DNA from: an uncultured Chloroflexia bacterium
GTDB lineage: Bacteria > Chloroflexota > Limnocylindria > QHBO01
Reading direction: 5' to 3'
Assembly: GCA_963814375.1 (NCBI GenBank)
Contig: CAWFCQ010000005.1
Location: 96,001-160,000 of the forward strand
DNA length: 64,000 nt
Every line of letters begins with the position of its first letter. Position 1 is the first letter of the stretch. A program made the position numbers and the translations under genes. Shown here in pieces: positions 13,405-21,171 of this stretch. The notes below the pieces were generated by a model, which did not search any database, was not told the DNA's origin, and worked only from the letters and a program-made list of their open reading frames with translations.

Positions 13405-13755
13405 ATGAGCACCGATGCGCCGGCACCACACTTCCGCCACTCCTACACGCAGGACAAGCACCAGCTCGTGACGCGCCTTCGGCGCATCGAGGGACAGGCG
13501 CGCGGCATCCAGCGCCTCGTCGAGGAGGAAGCGTACTGCCTCGACATCCTCCAGCAGGTGGAGGCCCTCACCGCGGCTGCCGACCAGGTTGGCCTGCTCC
13601 TGATCGAGGACCACATCGACGGGTGCCTCACCCATGCCATCGAGACCGGGCAGGGCCGACCCTACGTCGACGAGGTGATGACCGTGGTCCGGCGCGCGAT
13701 GGGCCGCCGTGCGAGCAGCAGGCGGTCTGATCGGCCGGCTCAGAAGGCTGACTGA
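13405..13755 (+). CDS. csoR: CsoR/RcnR-family metal-sensing repressor
   Basis: RLRRIEGQARGIQR, YCLDILQQ, EDHIDGC (Cys-His-Cys ligands). Confidence 0.88.
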   Translation: MSTDAPAPHFRHSYTQDKHQLVTRLRRIEGQARGIQRLVEEEAYCLDILQQVEALTAAADQVGLLLIEDHIDGCLTHAIETGQGRPYVDEVMTVVRRAMGRRASSRRSDRPAQKAD

Positions 13756-13790
13756 AAGGGAGTGCCGCAGGGGGGAACCACGGCACTCCC
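13754..13790 (-). terminator. GC-rich hairpin followed by TTTC on the minus strand, between convergent genes
   Basis: GGGAGTGCCG (13758-13767) / CGGCACTCCC (13781-13790) perfect 10-bp inverted repeat. Confidence 0.6.
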
Positions 13791-13841
13791 GAGCCTGAGT
13801 CTACGACTCGCTCGGAGAGCGAGTAAGCGAATTCGAACTGG

Positions 13842-16622
13842 CTACTCGCCGAACATCGTCAGCTGCTCGCCACCGCGCTCGATCAGCGGATCCAGGCCGA
13901 GGACCGGCTCCAGCCACTCCATCCGGGCACCTGGGCGCGCGGCGAGGGTGGCGAGGTGCTGCCACTTCAGCACGTGCCAGTTCTGCCGGTCCATCTCGTC
14001 GCGCAGCCACGGAGAGCGCTGAATCTTCAGGCGCAGCAGCTCGGAGCGCTCGGCGGGGATGACGAGGAACCGTGCCTGCTGGTCGCCGACGGGAATCTTC
14101 CGGCCCCGAGTGAGGACGGCGTCGCCGACCATCGCGGTCCACTCCACCTCGAACAGGAACGCCAGCTTGCCGCGCACGTACCACAGCGCGTCCACCGCTC
14201 CCAGGGCCTCGACCGGCGCCCGGATCACCAGGGGCAGGTAGACGCGGCGCTCGTCGTCGTTGAGGCGGCTCGAGAGCCGCTCTCCATCGACCACGCGGTC
14301 GTGCTCACGAGCCGCGATCCAGGACCGCAGGCCGAGCCGATGTCCGTAGTCGGCGAGTGTGGCCAGAACGCGGGCGTGGTCCTCGGTTCGTCGCGCGAGG
14401 TCGTCATCGGTCGCGAGCGAGCCGAGCTCACCCGGCGCGACATAGGCGGCCAGGCACGCTCGCACCAGCTCTTCGTCAGGAGCCGCGAGGCCGGGGAAGA
14501 GCCGGAAGATGCGGTCGAAGAACCCGGCCTCGTCGATTCGTCCGGCCGTCGCGAGCACGGACCAGGTCGCCCACTCCACCCGGTCCGCCAGCGGCTGCTC
14601 GGCCACCTCGGGGTTGCGGAGCCACCACAGCGGCCTCGCTTCGTCACCGATGCGGACGAGCGAGGGATGGTCGTCGCGCCACAGCTCCTCGCGCACCAGC
14701 GAGCCCAGCATGTGCGGCCCGCTGCCCTCGATGCGATCCTCGGGAGCGTCGTCGTCGCCAGCCCGCGTCACGGCGATACGCCGCAGCAGGCCGGAGCGAC
14801 CGAGCTCCGCGACGATGGCCGCGACCATGCGCGTCAGCCCCGCCGGCTCGCCGCGGTCGCGGAGCAGTGCCGAGGCGGCGCCATCGATGCCGGCCGCCAG
14901 CTCGGGATAGGTCAGGTGCCCACCCTCGACACCGAGACGCAGGGGGCTCGGCGTCACCGCACGCCGAAGGCGATCCTCGGCCGAGGGCTTGCGCAGGTGG
15001 AGCACGACGCCATCGCCGGTGCGGCCCGACTCGCGGTGAATGACGTCGACCAGCTCCAGGCCCGCGGCAGCACCGGCAACCGCGGTGGCGAGAAGCCGGT
15101 CCGGATCGGCATCCTCGATGAGAAGCGTGCACCAGCCGCCCGGCTTGAGGGCGCCGGCCGCAGAGCTGAGCCCGTGCCTGAGGGCAGTGGCCTCGGCCCC
15201 GGATGCCTGCCCGCCGCTGCCGAAGATGGGCTCCAGCCGCAGGGTCTCGGCCGCCTCCCTGCCGAGGATCCAGGACGTTGCCAGGTACTCGTACGACAGC
15301 TCGTCGATCGATGGGCTGGCGGGAGGCGCCGCCACGACGAGATCGACGCCCTCGGCCGGAACGTACTGTCCGACCACTGCGGGCCGTGACCTCAGCCACA
15401 GAACGTTCGCCGCACCCATCCCACCCAGCTCACCGTAGTCCGCGGCAAAGCGCGCCTCCTGGCGGTCGCGAGGCAGGGCGGCGATGGTCGCCCGCACGTC
15501 CGCGAACGAGGATTCGAAGGCGCGCCACACGTTGACCTCGCGCTGATGGCGGCTCGCCGGCTGTCGGACGTGGCCGCCCGAGATCCTCAGCGACGCGACG
15601 CGGCCCGGATAGCCGTTGAGCCGGCTTGCGGGGAGCAGGCACGCCGCGAGGGCCAGGCGCATCGCCGCGACCGTCCCGGCGTCGCGGAGCTCCGACTCGA
15701 TCTTCGAGCCGATGGCGTGGAGCGCGTAGAGGTTGCGCGCGGTGTACAGGTCGAGGAGCTCCTCGACGAGGTCATCGCGGCCGTCGAGCACCGGAAATCG
15801 TGCCCGGAGCTCGAGGTACTGCGGGCTGTGGCGCACGCCGCCGGCGGCCGCAGCGACCGGCACCGGATCGGGGCGCACGGTCGATGCGAAGCGCGGGCCA
15901 TCGCCCAGCGGCGGATCGGTGACAGCCGGCGGTGGCGATGGCGGCCCGCCCGCCTCGCCGAATGGCTCGTCGTCCGCCCCGGGCAGCGGCGGGTCGGGCT
16001 CGGTCAGGCCGACGGGCGCCGGGGGAAGGTCGTCGGCAGCCGCATCGGGAACGCTGGGTCCGTCCCCGAGCTCTCCGCGCTCGATCCCGAGCTTGGCGAG
16101 GTCGACTTCGTCCACCGGGGCGGCACGCTCCTCCGGGCCGCCGAGCGACGCGTCGCAGCTCGCGCAGCGGTAGAGCTTGCGTCCCGGAGCGTCGCCGTCC
16201 CGGGGCCAGATGAACTGGTCGGCAACGACGGGACGCCGGCAGGTCCCGCAGCGCGTCGCGTACAGCTCCTCGATGTGCTGACGCAGCGGCACGTCGACGC
16301 GGCGCGAGCTGGCGAGCTGGGCAAACGCCGCATCGAGCACCGCCGGATCCGGGGCAGACAGGAAACAGATCGCCGCGAGCTGGTTGAAGGGGCTCGGATC
16401 GGCAGCCACGGCCCGCATGCCATGGCCGATCGCGCGCCGCGCCGTCCAGCCGGTGCCCGCCCAGGGATCGAGGACGGTGTCGCCGGAGGACGCGAAGGCG
16501 CTGAGCTCGGCGTCGAGCAGGTTGTCGGCCGGTGGCGGCCGATAGCGCTCGAGAAGGGCGAGGCCGGGGCGCCGTCGCGGGAGGACGACGTGGTCGAGTC
16601 CTGTCCGCTCCGGCTCGCTCAT
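13842..16622 (-). CDS. 926-aa DNA amino-methyltransferase-like protein (degenerate) with Zn-finger insertion and C-terminal PD-(D/E)xK-like nuclease domain
   Basis: GDTVLDPWAGTG (motif I), CGTC..CASC, LYTARNL, NVW, VDLVVAAPP (motif IV position), LKPGG, VDALWY..FEVEW, C-terminal QLTMF. Confidence 0.7.
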   Translation of the reverse strand: MSEPERTGLDHVVLPRRRPGLALLERYRPPPADNLLDAELSAFASSGDTVLDPWAGTGWTARRAIGHGMRAVAADPSPFNQLAAICFLSAPDPAVLDAAFAQLASSRRVDVPLRQHIEELYATRCGTCRRPVVADQFIWPRDGDAPGRKLYRCASCDASLGGPEERAAPVDEVDLAKLGIERGELGDGPSVPDAAADDLPPAPVGLTEPDPPLPGADDEPFGEAGGPPSPPPAVTDPPLGDGPRFASTVRPDPVPVAAAAGGVRHSPQYLELRARFPVLDGRDDLVEELLDLYTARNLYALHAIGSKIESELRDAGTVAAMRLALAACLLPASRLNGYPGRVASLRISGGHVRQPASRHQREVNVWRAFESSFADVRATIAALPRDRQEARFAADYGELGGMGAANVLWLRSRPAVVGQYVPAEGVDLVVAAPPASPSIDELSYEYLATSWILGREAAETLRLEPIFGSGGQASGAEATALRHGLSSAAGALKPGGWCTLLIEDADPDRLLATAVAGAAAGLELVDVIHRESGRTGDGVVLHLRKPSAEDRLRRAVTPSPLRLGVEGGHLTYPELAAGIDGAASALLRDRGEPAGLTRMVAAIVAELGRSGLLRRIAVTRAGDDDAPEDRIEGSGPHMLGSLVREELWRDDHPSLVRIGDEARPLWWLRNPEVAEQPLADRVEWATWSVLATAGRIDEAGFFDRIFRLFPGLAAPDEELVRACLAAYVAPGELGSLATDDDLARRTEDHARVLATLADYGHRLGLRSWIAAREHDRVVDGERLSSRLNDDERRVYLPLVIRAPVEALGAVDALWYVRGKLAFLFEVEWTAMVGDAVLTRGRKIPVGDQQARFLVIPAERSELLRLKIQRSPWLRDEMDRQNWHVLKWQHLATLAARPGARMEWLEPVLGLDPLIERGGEQLTMFGE

Positions 16623-16628
16623 CGGTCG

Positions 16629-17463
16629 CTACGTCTCTTCTACCAGCTCCTCTTCGAGCTCGGGCTCACCGGAGTACTCCGGAAGGGTGGTGTCGAGCTC
16701 CTCGACCTCCTCCGAGTCCTCGTCGGCCTCCTCCACCTCGTCCTCGTCATCGTAGCGAAGCGCGCTGCCCTTGATGTACGGTCTGACGCCACCGCCTCCC
16801 TGCGTGACCGTCGGGAACGAGACCTTTCCGAAGTTCGCGGGAGCGGTGAAGACCTCGCGGATGATGATCGTGACGTCGCCGCCCGCCTCGTGGATGGTGG
16901 TGAGCGCCGCCTCGTATCGGTTCCCGCTGGTGATCAACTTGAGGAGACGAGCGGCGATTCGTGGCTCGACGCTTCCGATGGCGGACTTGCCGACACGAGC
17001 CACCAGCTCGTCGCCGCTGGCATCGAGATCGACCGCATCGCCGGGCGACAGCGGCGCGAGGACGCGCGGGGCGGCCAGGTTGATGAGACGGGCGCGCCCG
17101 GTCTTGCCCATCTCCTCGATGAAGAGGGTCGCCGGCGCCTTGTCGGTCCGGCCCTTGCCGTCGTACGGCGGGACGGTCGGCGGAGCTCAGGACACGCAGG
17201 CGTTCGACATTGCGCTGCGCGATCCGGTTCGTCGCATCCCGTTCCAGGGCCTGCTCGTAGGCATCGAGCGCCTCGCCGTGCCGATTCAGCTCGGCGAGGG
17301 CCTTGCCGAGGCGGTTGTACCCATCGATGTCGGGGCCGAGCTCGAGCAGGGCGCGGTTGGTGTCGACCGCGGCTTCCCACTCACCGCGCGTCGCCTGCGC
17401 GATCGCTGTCTCGCTCAGCTGGCGGCGTTGTCGGGTCGTGGCGTCGGCTTCTCCAAGTGCCAT
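16629..17463 (-). CDS. TPR protein with HIRAN-like C-terminal domain and acidic tail; frameshift near 17180
   Basis: YNRLGKALAEL..ALDAYEQAL..NRIAQRN TPR; EEMGKT..LSPGDAV..IGSVEPRIAARLLKLITSGNRYEA; D/E-rich tail. Confidence 0.75.
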
Positions 17464-17524
17464 GGGCGGTGAAGGCATCTCCGACTAAGGACATCCGGAC
17501 GGCGGGAAGGGCCGAGGGCGCACA

Positions 17525-17553
17525 CTTTTACCACCGGCCATGGGGGGTGTCAA
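17525..17553 (-). promoter_or_regulatory. Sigma70-type promoter for the TPR/methyltransferase-like operon
   Basis: TTGACA (17553-17548), 17-nt spacer, TAAAAG (17530-17525) preceded by TGG. Confidence 0.65.
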
Positions 17554-18351
17554 CGCGGGGCTGCCAGTCCCCCGCCCATCGCCGACGCGAGCAGGCCGAC
17601 GACCAGCCCGAGGATCATCAGCGACCCGTACTCGGTCGCGACCGCTCGACCCGACGCATCACCGCGAAGGGCGTCGACCGCGCCCGGCCCACGTGTAGAA
17701 GGCGAGCGCCATGAGGGCGGCCATCACGGCGCTCGAAATGTCGAGCAGCACGGATGCCACCCCGATCTGGATGATGACGAGGAGGTGCAGCACCGCCTGG
17801 CCGAGCGCCTGGACCCCCATCGTCCCTCGCGCCTCTGCCGAGCGAATGGCAACCGGCAGCGTGAGGCCGGCCACGAGGATGAACGGCGTGGGCCACACGC
17901 GGGCCCCGAAGAGGCCGAGGATGCCGGCTGCGGCGGTGAAGACGATCGACGTCAGCAACAGCTCGCCGATGGTGCGTCCGCCCGTACCCCGCTCGATGCG
18001 CAGCTCCAGGTAGGTCACCGCCCACAGCAGGACCGCCACGATCGGGATCAGCAGGAGGCTCAGGCCGCCTGGGATGAGACGCCCGAAGAGGGTCGCGGCG
18101 ATGCCGGCCACCGAAGGCATCGCGTATCGCGCCAGGCCGAGCTCGGAGCGCGCGGGCCCGATCACGTACACGGCGGCCAGGCCACCCAGCACCAGCTGGG
18201 CGGCGATGACCACCGCGAGCACGACCGGATCCGCGAACCAGCCGACCGCGGCGACCAGCGCCTGGAGCACGGCGATCAGGACCGCGGCGGGCCGGTCGAT
18301 GCGGCGTAGGACGGAGAGGCGCCGTCGGTCGGCCAGGACCCTCCCGATCAC
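17550..18351 (-). CDS. Polytopic membrane protein (DUF5656-like); frameshift near 17685
   Basis: GTG overlaps the polX stop; about 8 hydrophobic segments; repaired C-terminus ..AVATEYGSLMILGLVVGLL.. Confidence 0.6.
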
Positions 18352-20099
18352 GCGAGCACCTCGAGCAGCGCCGTAGCCGAGCGCGTGGCGAGGAGCTGGT
18401 CGGGCTCGAGCCAGGCACGGCGCGCGAGGTCGACGGCGTAGCGCTGCTGGTCGAGCTCCTCGGTCCGGTGCGCGTCCGAGGCGAGCGTCAGGCGCGCCCC
18501 GGCGCGCGCCGCCGCCCGCGCGAGCGGGTCGTCGAGGTCCAGCCTCGGACTGCCGTTGATCTCGAGCGCGGTGTTGCATCGCGCCGCGGCCTCGAAGACG
18601 CGTGGCCAGTCGATCGGGAGGGGGTCGCGGGTGTTGACGATACGCCCGGTCGGATGGGCAAGAACGTCGACGTGCGGATGCTCGACCGCGGCGAGCGCGC
18701 GGCGGGTGAGCTGCTCGGACGACTGGCCGCGACCGGTGTGGATGCTTGCGATGACGACCTCGAAGCGCTCGAGGAGCTCGTCCGGATAGTCGAGGGTGGC
18801 ATCCGCCCTGATCTCGAGCTCGGTGCCGTGGAGCACACGGAATGGGGCGAGCTCCGCGTTGACCCGCGCGATCTCGGCACGTTGCTCCTCGACGCGGTCG
18901 GGGAGGAGGCCGCGGGCCACCCCGAGCGAGGGTGAATGGTCGGTCAGGACGATGTACTCGTGGCCCCGATCCCGCGCCGCCCGCGCCATGACCTCGATGG
19001 AGTCGACCCCGTCGGTCCAGTTCGAGTGGGTATGGGTGTCGCCGCGAACGTCCCGGTGGGTGACGAGGTTGGGAAGCCGCCCATCCCTGGCGGCCTCGAT
19101 CTCGCCTGCCGCCTCGCGGAGCTCCGGCGGGATCCACGGGAGCCCGAGGCGCTCGTAGACGTCGGCCTCCTCGGCGTCGAGCAGCAGGTCACCGGTCTCG
19201 ATGACCTTGAAGCCCTTCTCCGAGAGCGACCAGCCACGGTCGAGGGCCATCCCGCGCAGCGCGATGTTGTGATCCGCGTTCCCCGTGAAGTGGACGAGAT
19301 GCGAGCCCCAGGTCTCCGGCGGGCAGACCATGAGGTCGACGCGCGGTCCGTCGGCGAGCAGGATGCTCGTCTTGTCGGTCCCGGCGGCCACGACCTTGTC
19401 GACCTCGCGCAGCCGGTCCAGCGCCGCGATCACCGCCGGTGGGTCATCGACGGCAGCGAGCAGGTCGATGTCACCGATCGTCGTGCGCCGCCTCCGCAGC
19501 GACCCGGCCCGCTCGATGCGGCTCACGCCCCGTGCTTCCCTCAGCTGGTCGATCAGCCCGGCGACGAGCTCATCGGCGTCGTGGAGCAGCATCCGGTCGT
19601 AAACGCGCTCCATCCGCGCGATGCCGTCGATGATGTTCGCTTCCGTTCGTTCGGAGAGGCCCTTCACGTGCCGCAGGCGGCCCTCCTCGGCGGCCGCTCG
19701 TAGCGCTTCGACGGAGTCGATGCCGAGCTCGGTGTGGAGCAGCCGGACCGTCTTGGGGCCGACGCCAGAGATCCGAAGGATCTGGAGGAGGCCGTCTGGC
19801 ACCTGCGCGCGCAGCCGCTCGTAATATTCGAGGCGTCCGGTTTCCGCCAGCTCCGCGAGCTTGGCGGTCAGTGCCTCGCCGGCGCCGGGGATCTTCGGTG
19901 GCTGGCCGCGACGGTAGAGCGCAGCGACGTCGTCGGGATAGCGCTCAACCGCATCGGCGACGCGGCGGTAGGCGACGGCCTTGTACACCACCTCGCCGAG
20001 GATCTCGAGCATGTCGCCGATCTCGTTGAAGATCCGCGCCAGCTCCGCGTTGCTGATGACGGTGCCGTCGGTGCGCGACACGCTCCTGGGTCGAGGCAT
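18348..20099 (-). CDS. polX: DNA polymerase X / PHP 3'-5' exonuclease
   Basis: HhH GVGPKT, GSLRR..GDIDLL, VDL, HFTG, PHP HTHSNWTDG, TDHS, AHPTGR, SDAH. Confidence 0.95.
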   Translation of the reverse strand: MPRPRSVSRTDGTVISNAELARIFNEIGDMLEILGEVVYKAVAYRRVADAVERYPDDVAALYRRGQPPKIPGAGEALTAKLAELAETGRLEYYERLRAQVPDGLLQILRISGVGPKTVRLLHTELGIDSVEALRAAAEEGRLRHVKGLSERTEANIIDGIARMERVYDRMLLHDADELVAGLIDQLREARGVSRIERAGSLRRRRTTIGDIDLLAAVDDPPAVIAALDRLREVDKVVAAGTDKTSILLADGPRVDLMVCPPETWGSHLVHFTGNADHNIALRGMALDRGWSLSEKGFKVIETGDLLLDAEEADVYERLGLPWIPPELREAAGEIEAARDGRLPNLVTHRDVRGDTHTHSNWTDGVDSIEVMARAARDRGHEYIVLTDHSPSLGVARGLLPDRVEEQRAEIARVNAELAPFRVLHGTELEIRADATLDYPDELLERFEVVIASIHTGRGQSSEQLTRRALAAVEHPHVDVLAHPTGRIVNTRDPLPIDWPRVFEAAARCNTALEINGSPRLDLDDPLARAAARAGARLTLASDAHRTEELDQQRYAVDLARRAWLEPDQLLATRSATALLEVLA

Positions 20100-20136
20100 C
20101 GCCGGCCATTCTACGGCCGGCTGGCGCGCGTGCCCG

Positions 20137-20295
20137 TCAGCCGATGAGGCGGCGTCCCAGCACGGTCAACCCGAAGCGCGTCGCCCGACGCCGTGGCCTG
20201 ACGCCACGTCGAGAGACCTCTCGCAGCAGCTCCTGCTCGTGCAGCTCGGCCTGGATGTCGATGAGGCTCGTCGAGCGGAAACGGTGTCGTTCCAT
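20137..20295 (-). CDS. 52-aa hypothetical small basic protein
   Basis: GGAGA RBS, ATG at 20295: MERHRFRSTSLIDIQAELHEQELLREVSRRGVRPRRRATRFGLTVLGRRLIG. Confidence 0.55.
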   Translation of the reverse strand: MERHRFRSTSLIDIQAELHEQELLREVSRRGVRPRRRATRFGLTVLGRRLIG

Positions 20296-20309
20296 GGTTG
20301 CTTCTCCGA

Positions 20310-20420
20310 TCAGATCGCGCGATGCGGCTCGTCGTCGAGCGAGGGTCGGCTGTCGCTGCCCTTCAGCGAGGCGAGGACCGCAGCCACGATCAGGATGAGG
20401 AGGATCAGCGCCAGTTCCAT
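20310..20420 (-). CDS. 36-aa single-TM small protein (absent from the ORF track)
   Basis: GGAG RBS; MELALILLILIVAAVLASLKGSDSRPSLDDEPHRAI*. Confidence 0.65.
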   Translation of the reverse strand: MELALILLILIVAAVLASLKGSDSRPSLDDEPHRAI

Positions 20421-20436
20421 GATCGTCAGCTCCGAT

Positions 20437-20516
20437 GTAACTACTATGAAGGCTCTTATCGGTTACCAGCATGGTAGGCTTCGGCAGTAACCATGTCAAG
20501 GCTATGATATGGTTAC
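20437..20516. promoter_or_regulatory. Two GTAAC-N20-GTTAC inverted-repeat operators in a divergent promoter
   Basis: GTAAC 20437-41 / GTTAC 20462-66 and GTAAC 20487-91 / GTTAC 20512-16; TATGAT -10 at 20503-08. Confidence 0.7.
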
Positions 20517-21171
20517 ATCTGAGATGACCGATCCGCACGAAGGCCGGCCCGAGCCCGCCCATCCGTCCGAGCTGTTCGTCGATTTCGCGAACCGCTCGCG
20601 GCTGTCCAGCTCGGAGCCTGCCGATCCCGCCCGGGAGCTCACGCGCCTGGCCGCGTGGCTGGCCGAGCAGTCACTGGTGACCGATGGAGCCTCGCGCGCT
20701 CGACTGAAGCCTGAGCTCCCCGCCTTCCGGGACCTGCGGGAGCTCATCCAGGACGTGGCGCAGCGGCTCGATGACGGCGCTCCCCCCACCCGCGCGCAGG
20801 TGGCCGCCATCAACGAGGTCATGCGCGAGGGCCTGCACTACCACGCGCTGCGGGCCGACGGTGCCGGCTCGCGCTTCACGATGACGCCGGTGGGCGACGA
20901 GCTCGACCAGGCGCGGTCGGCAATCGCCGGGTCGCTGGCGCACTATCTCGCCGAGCACGACCGTCGACGGCTGCGGGTGTGCGCCGACGGGACGTGCCGC
21001 TGGCTCTTCGTCGACCGCTCCCCCGGCGGGCGTCGCCGCTGGTGCGACATGCGCACCTGTGGCAATCGCGCCAAGGTCGCACGCCATCGCGCGCGGCAGA
21101 CCGCTGTAACTTCTCCTCAGCGGGACCGCGCCCGAAGGGTCAGGCGCCGATCGGGTGCCAGACCGTCTTGA
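20509..21171 (+). CDS. CGNR zinc-finger / ABATE-domain transcriptional regulator (start may be 20524)
   Basis: VDFAN; RLRVCADGTCRWLFVDRS..RRWCDMRTCGNRAKV. Confidence 0.92.
   Translation: MVTSEMTDPHEGRPEPAHPSELFVDFANRSRLSSSEPADPARELTRLAAWLAEQSLVTDGASRARLKPELPAFRDLRELIQDVAQRLDDGAPPTRAQVAAINEVMREGLHYHALRADGAGSRFTMTPVGDELDQARSAIAGSLAHYLAEHDRRRLRVCADGTCRWLFVDRSPGGRRRWCDMRTCGNRAKVARHRARQTAVTSPQRDRARRVRRRSGARPS

Noticed and set aside
13842-16622. Ordinary Type IIG/IIC restriction-modification enzyme
   Set aside because: The DPPY/NPPY motif is missing, the nuclease is C-terminal, and there is no mobile or defence context; kept as a finding under a different hypothesis.
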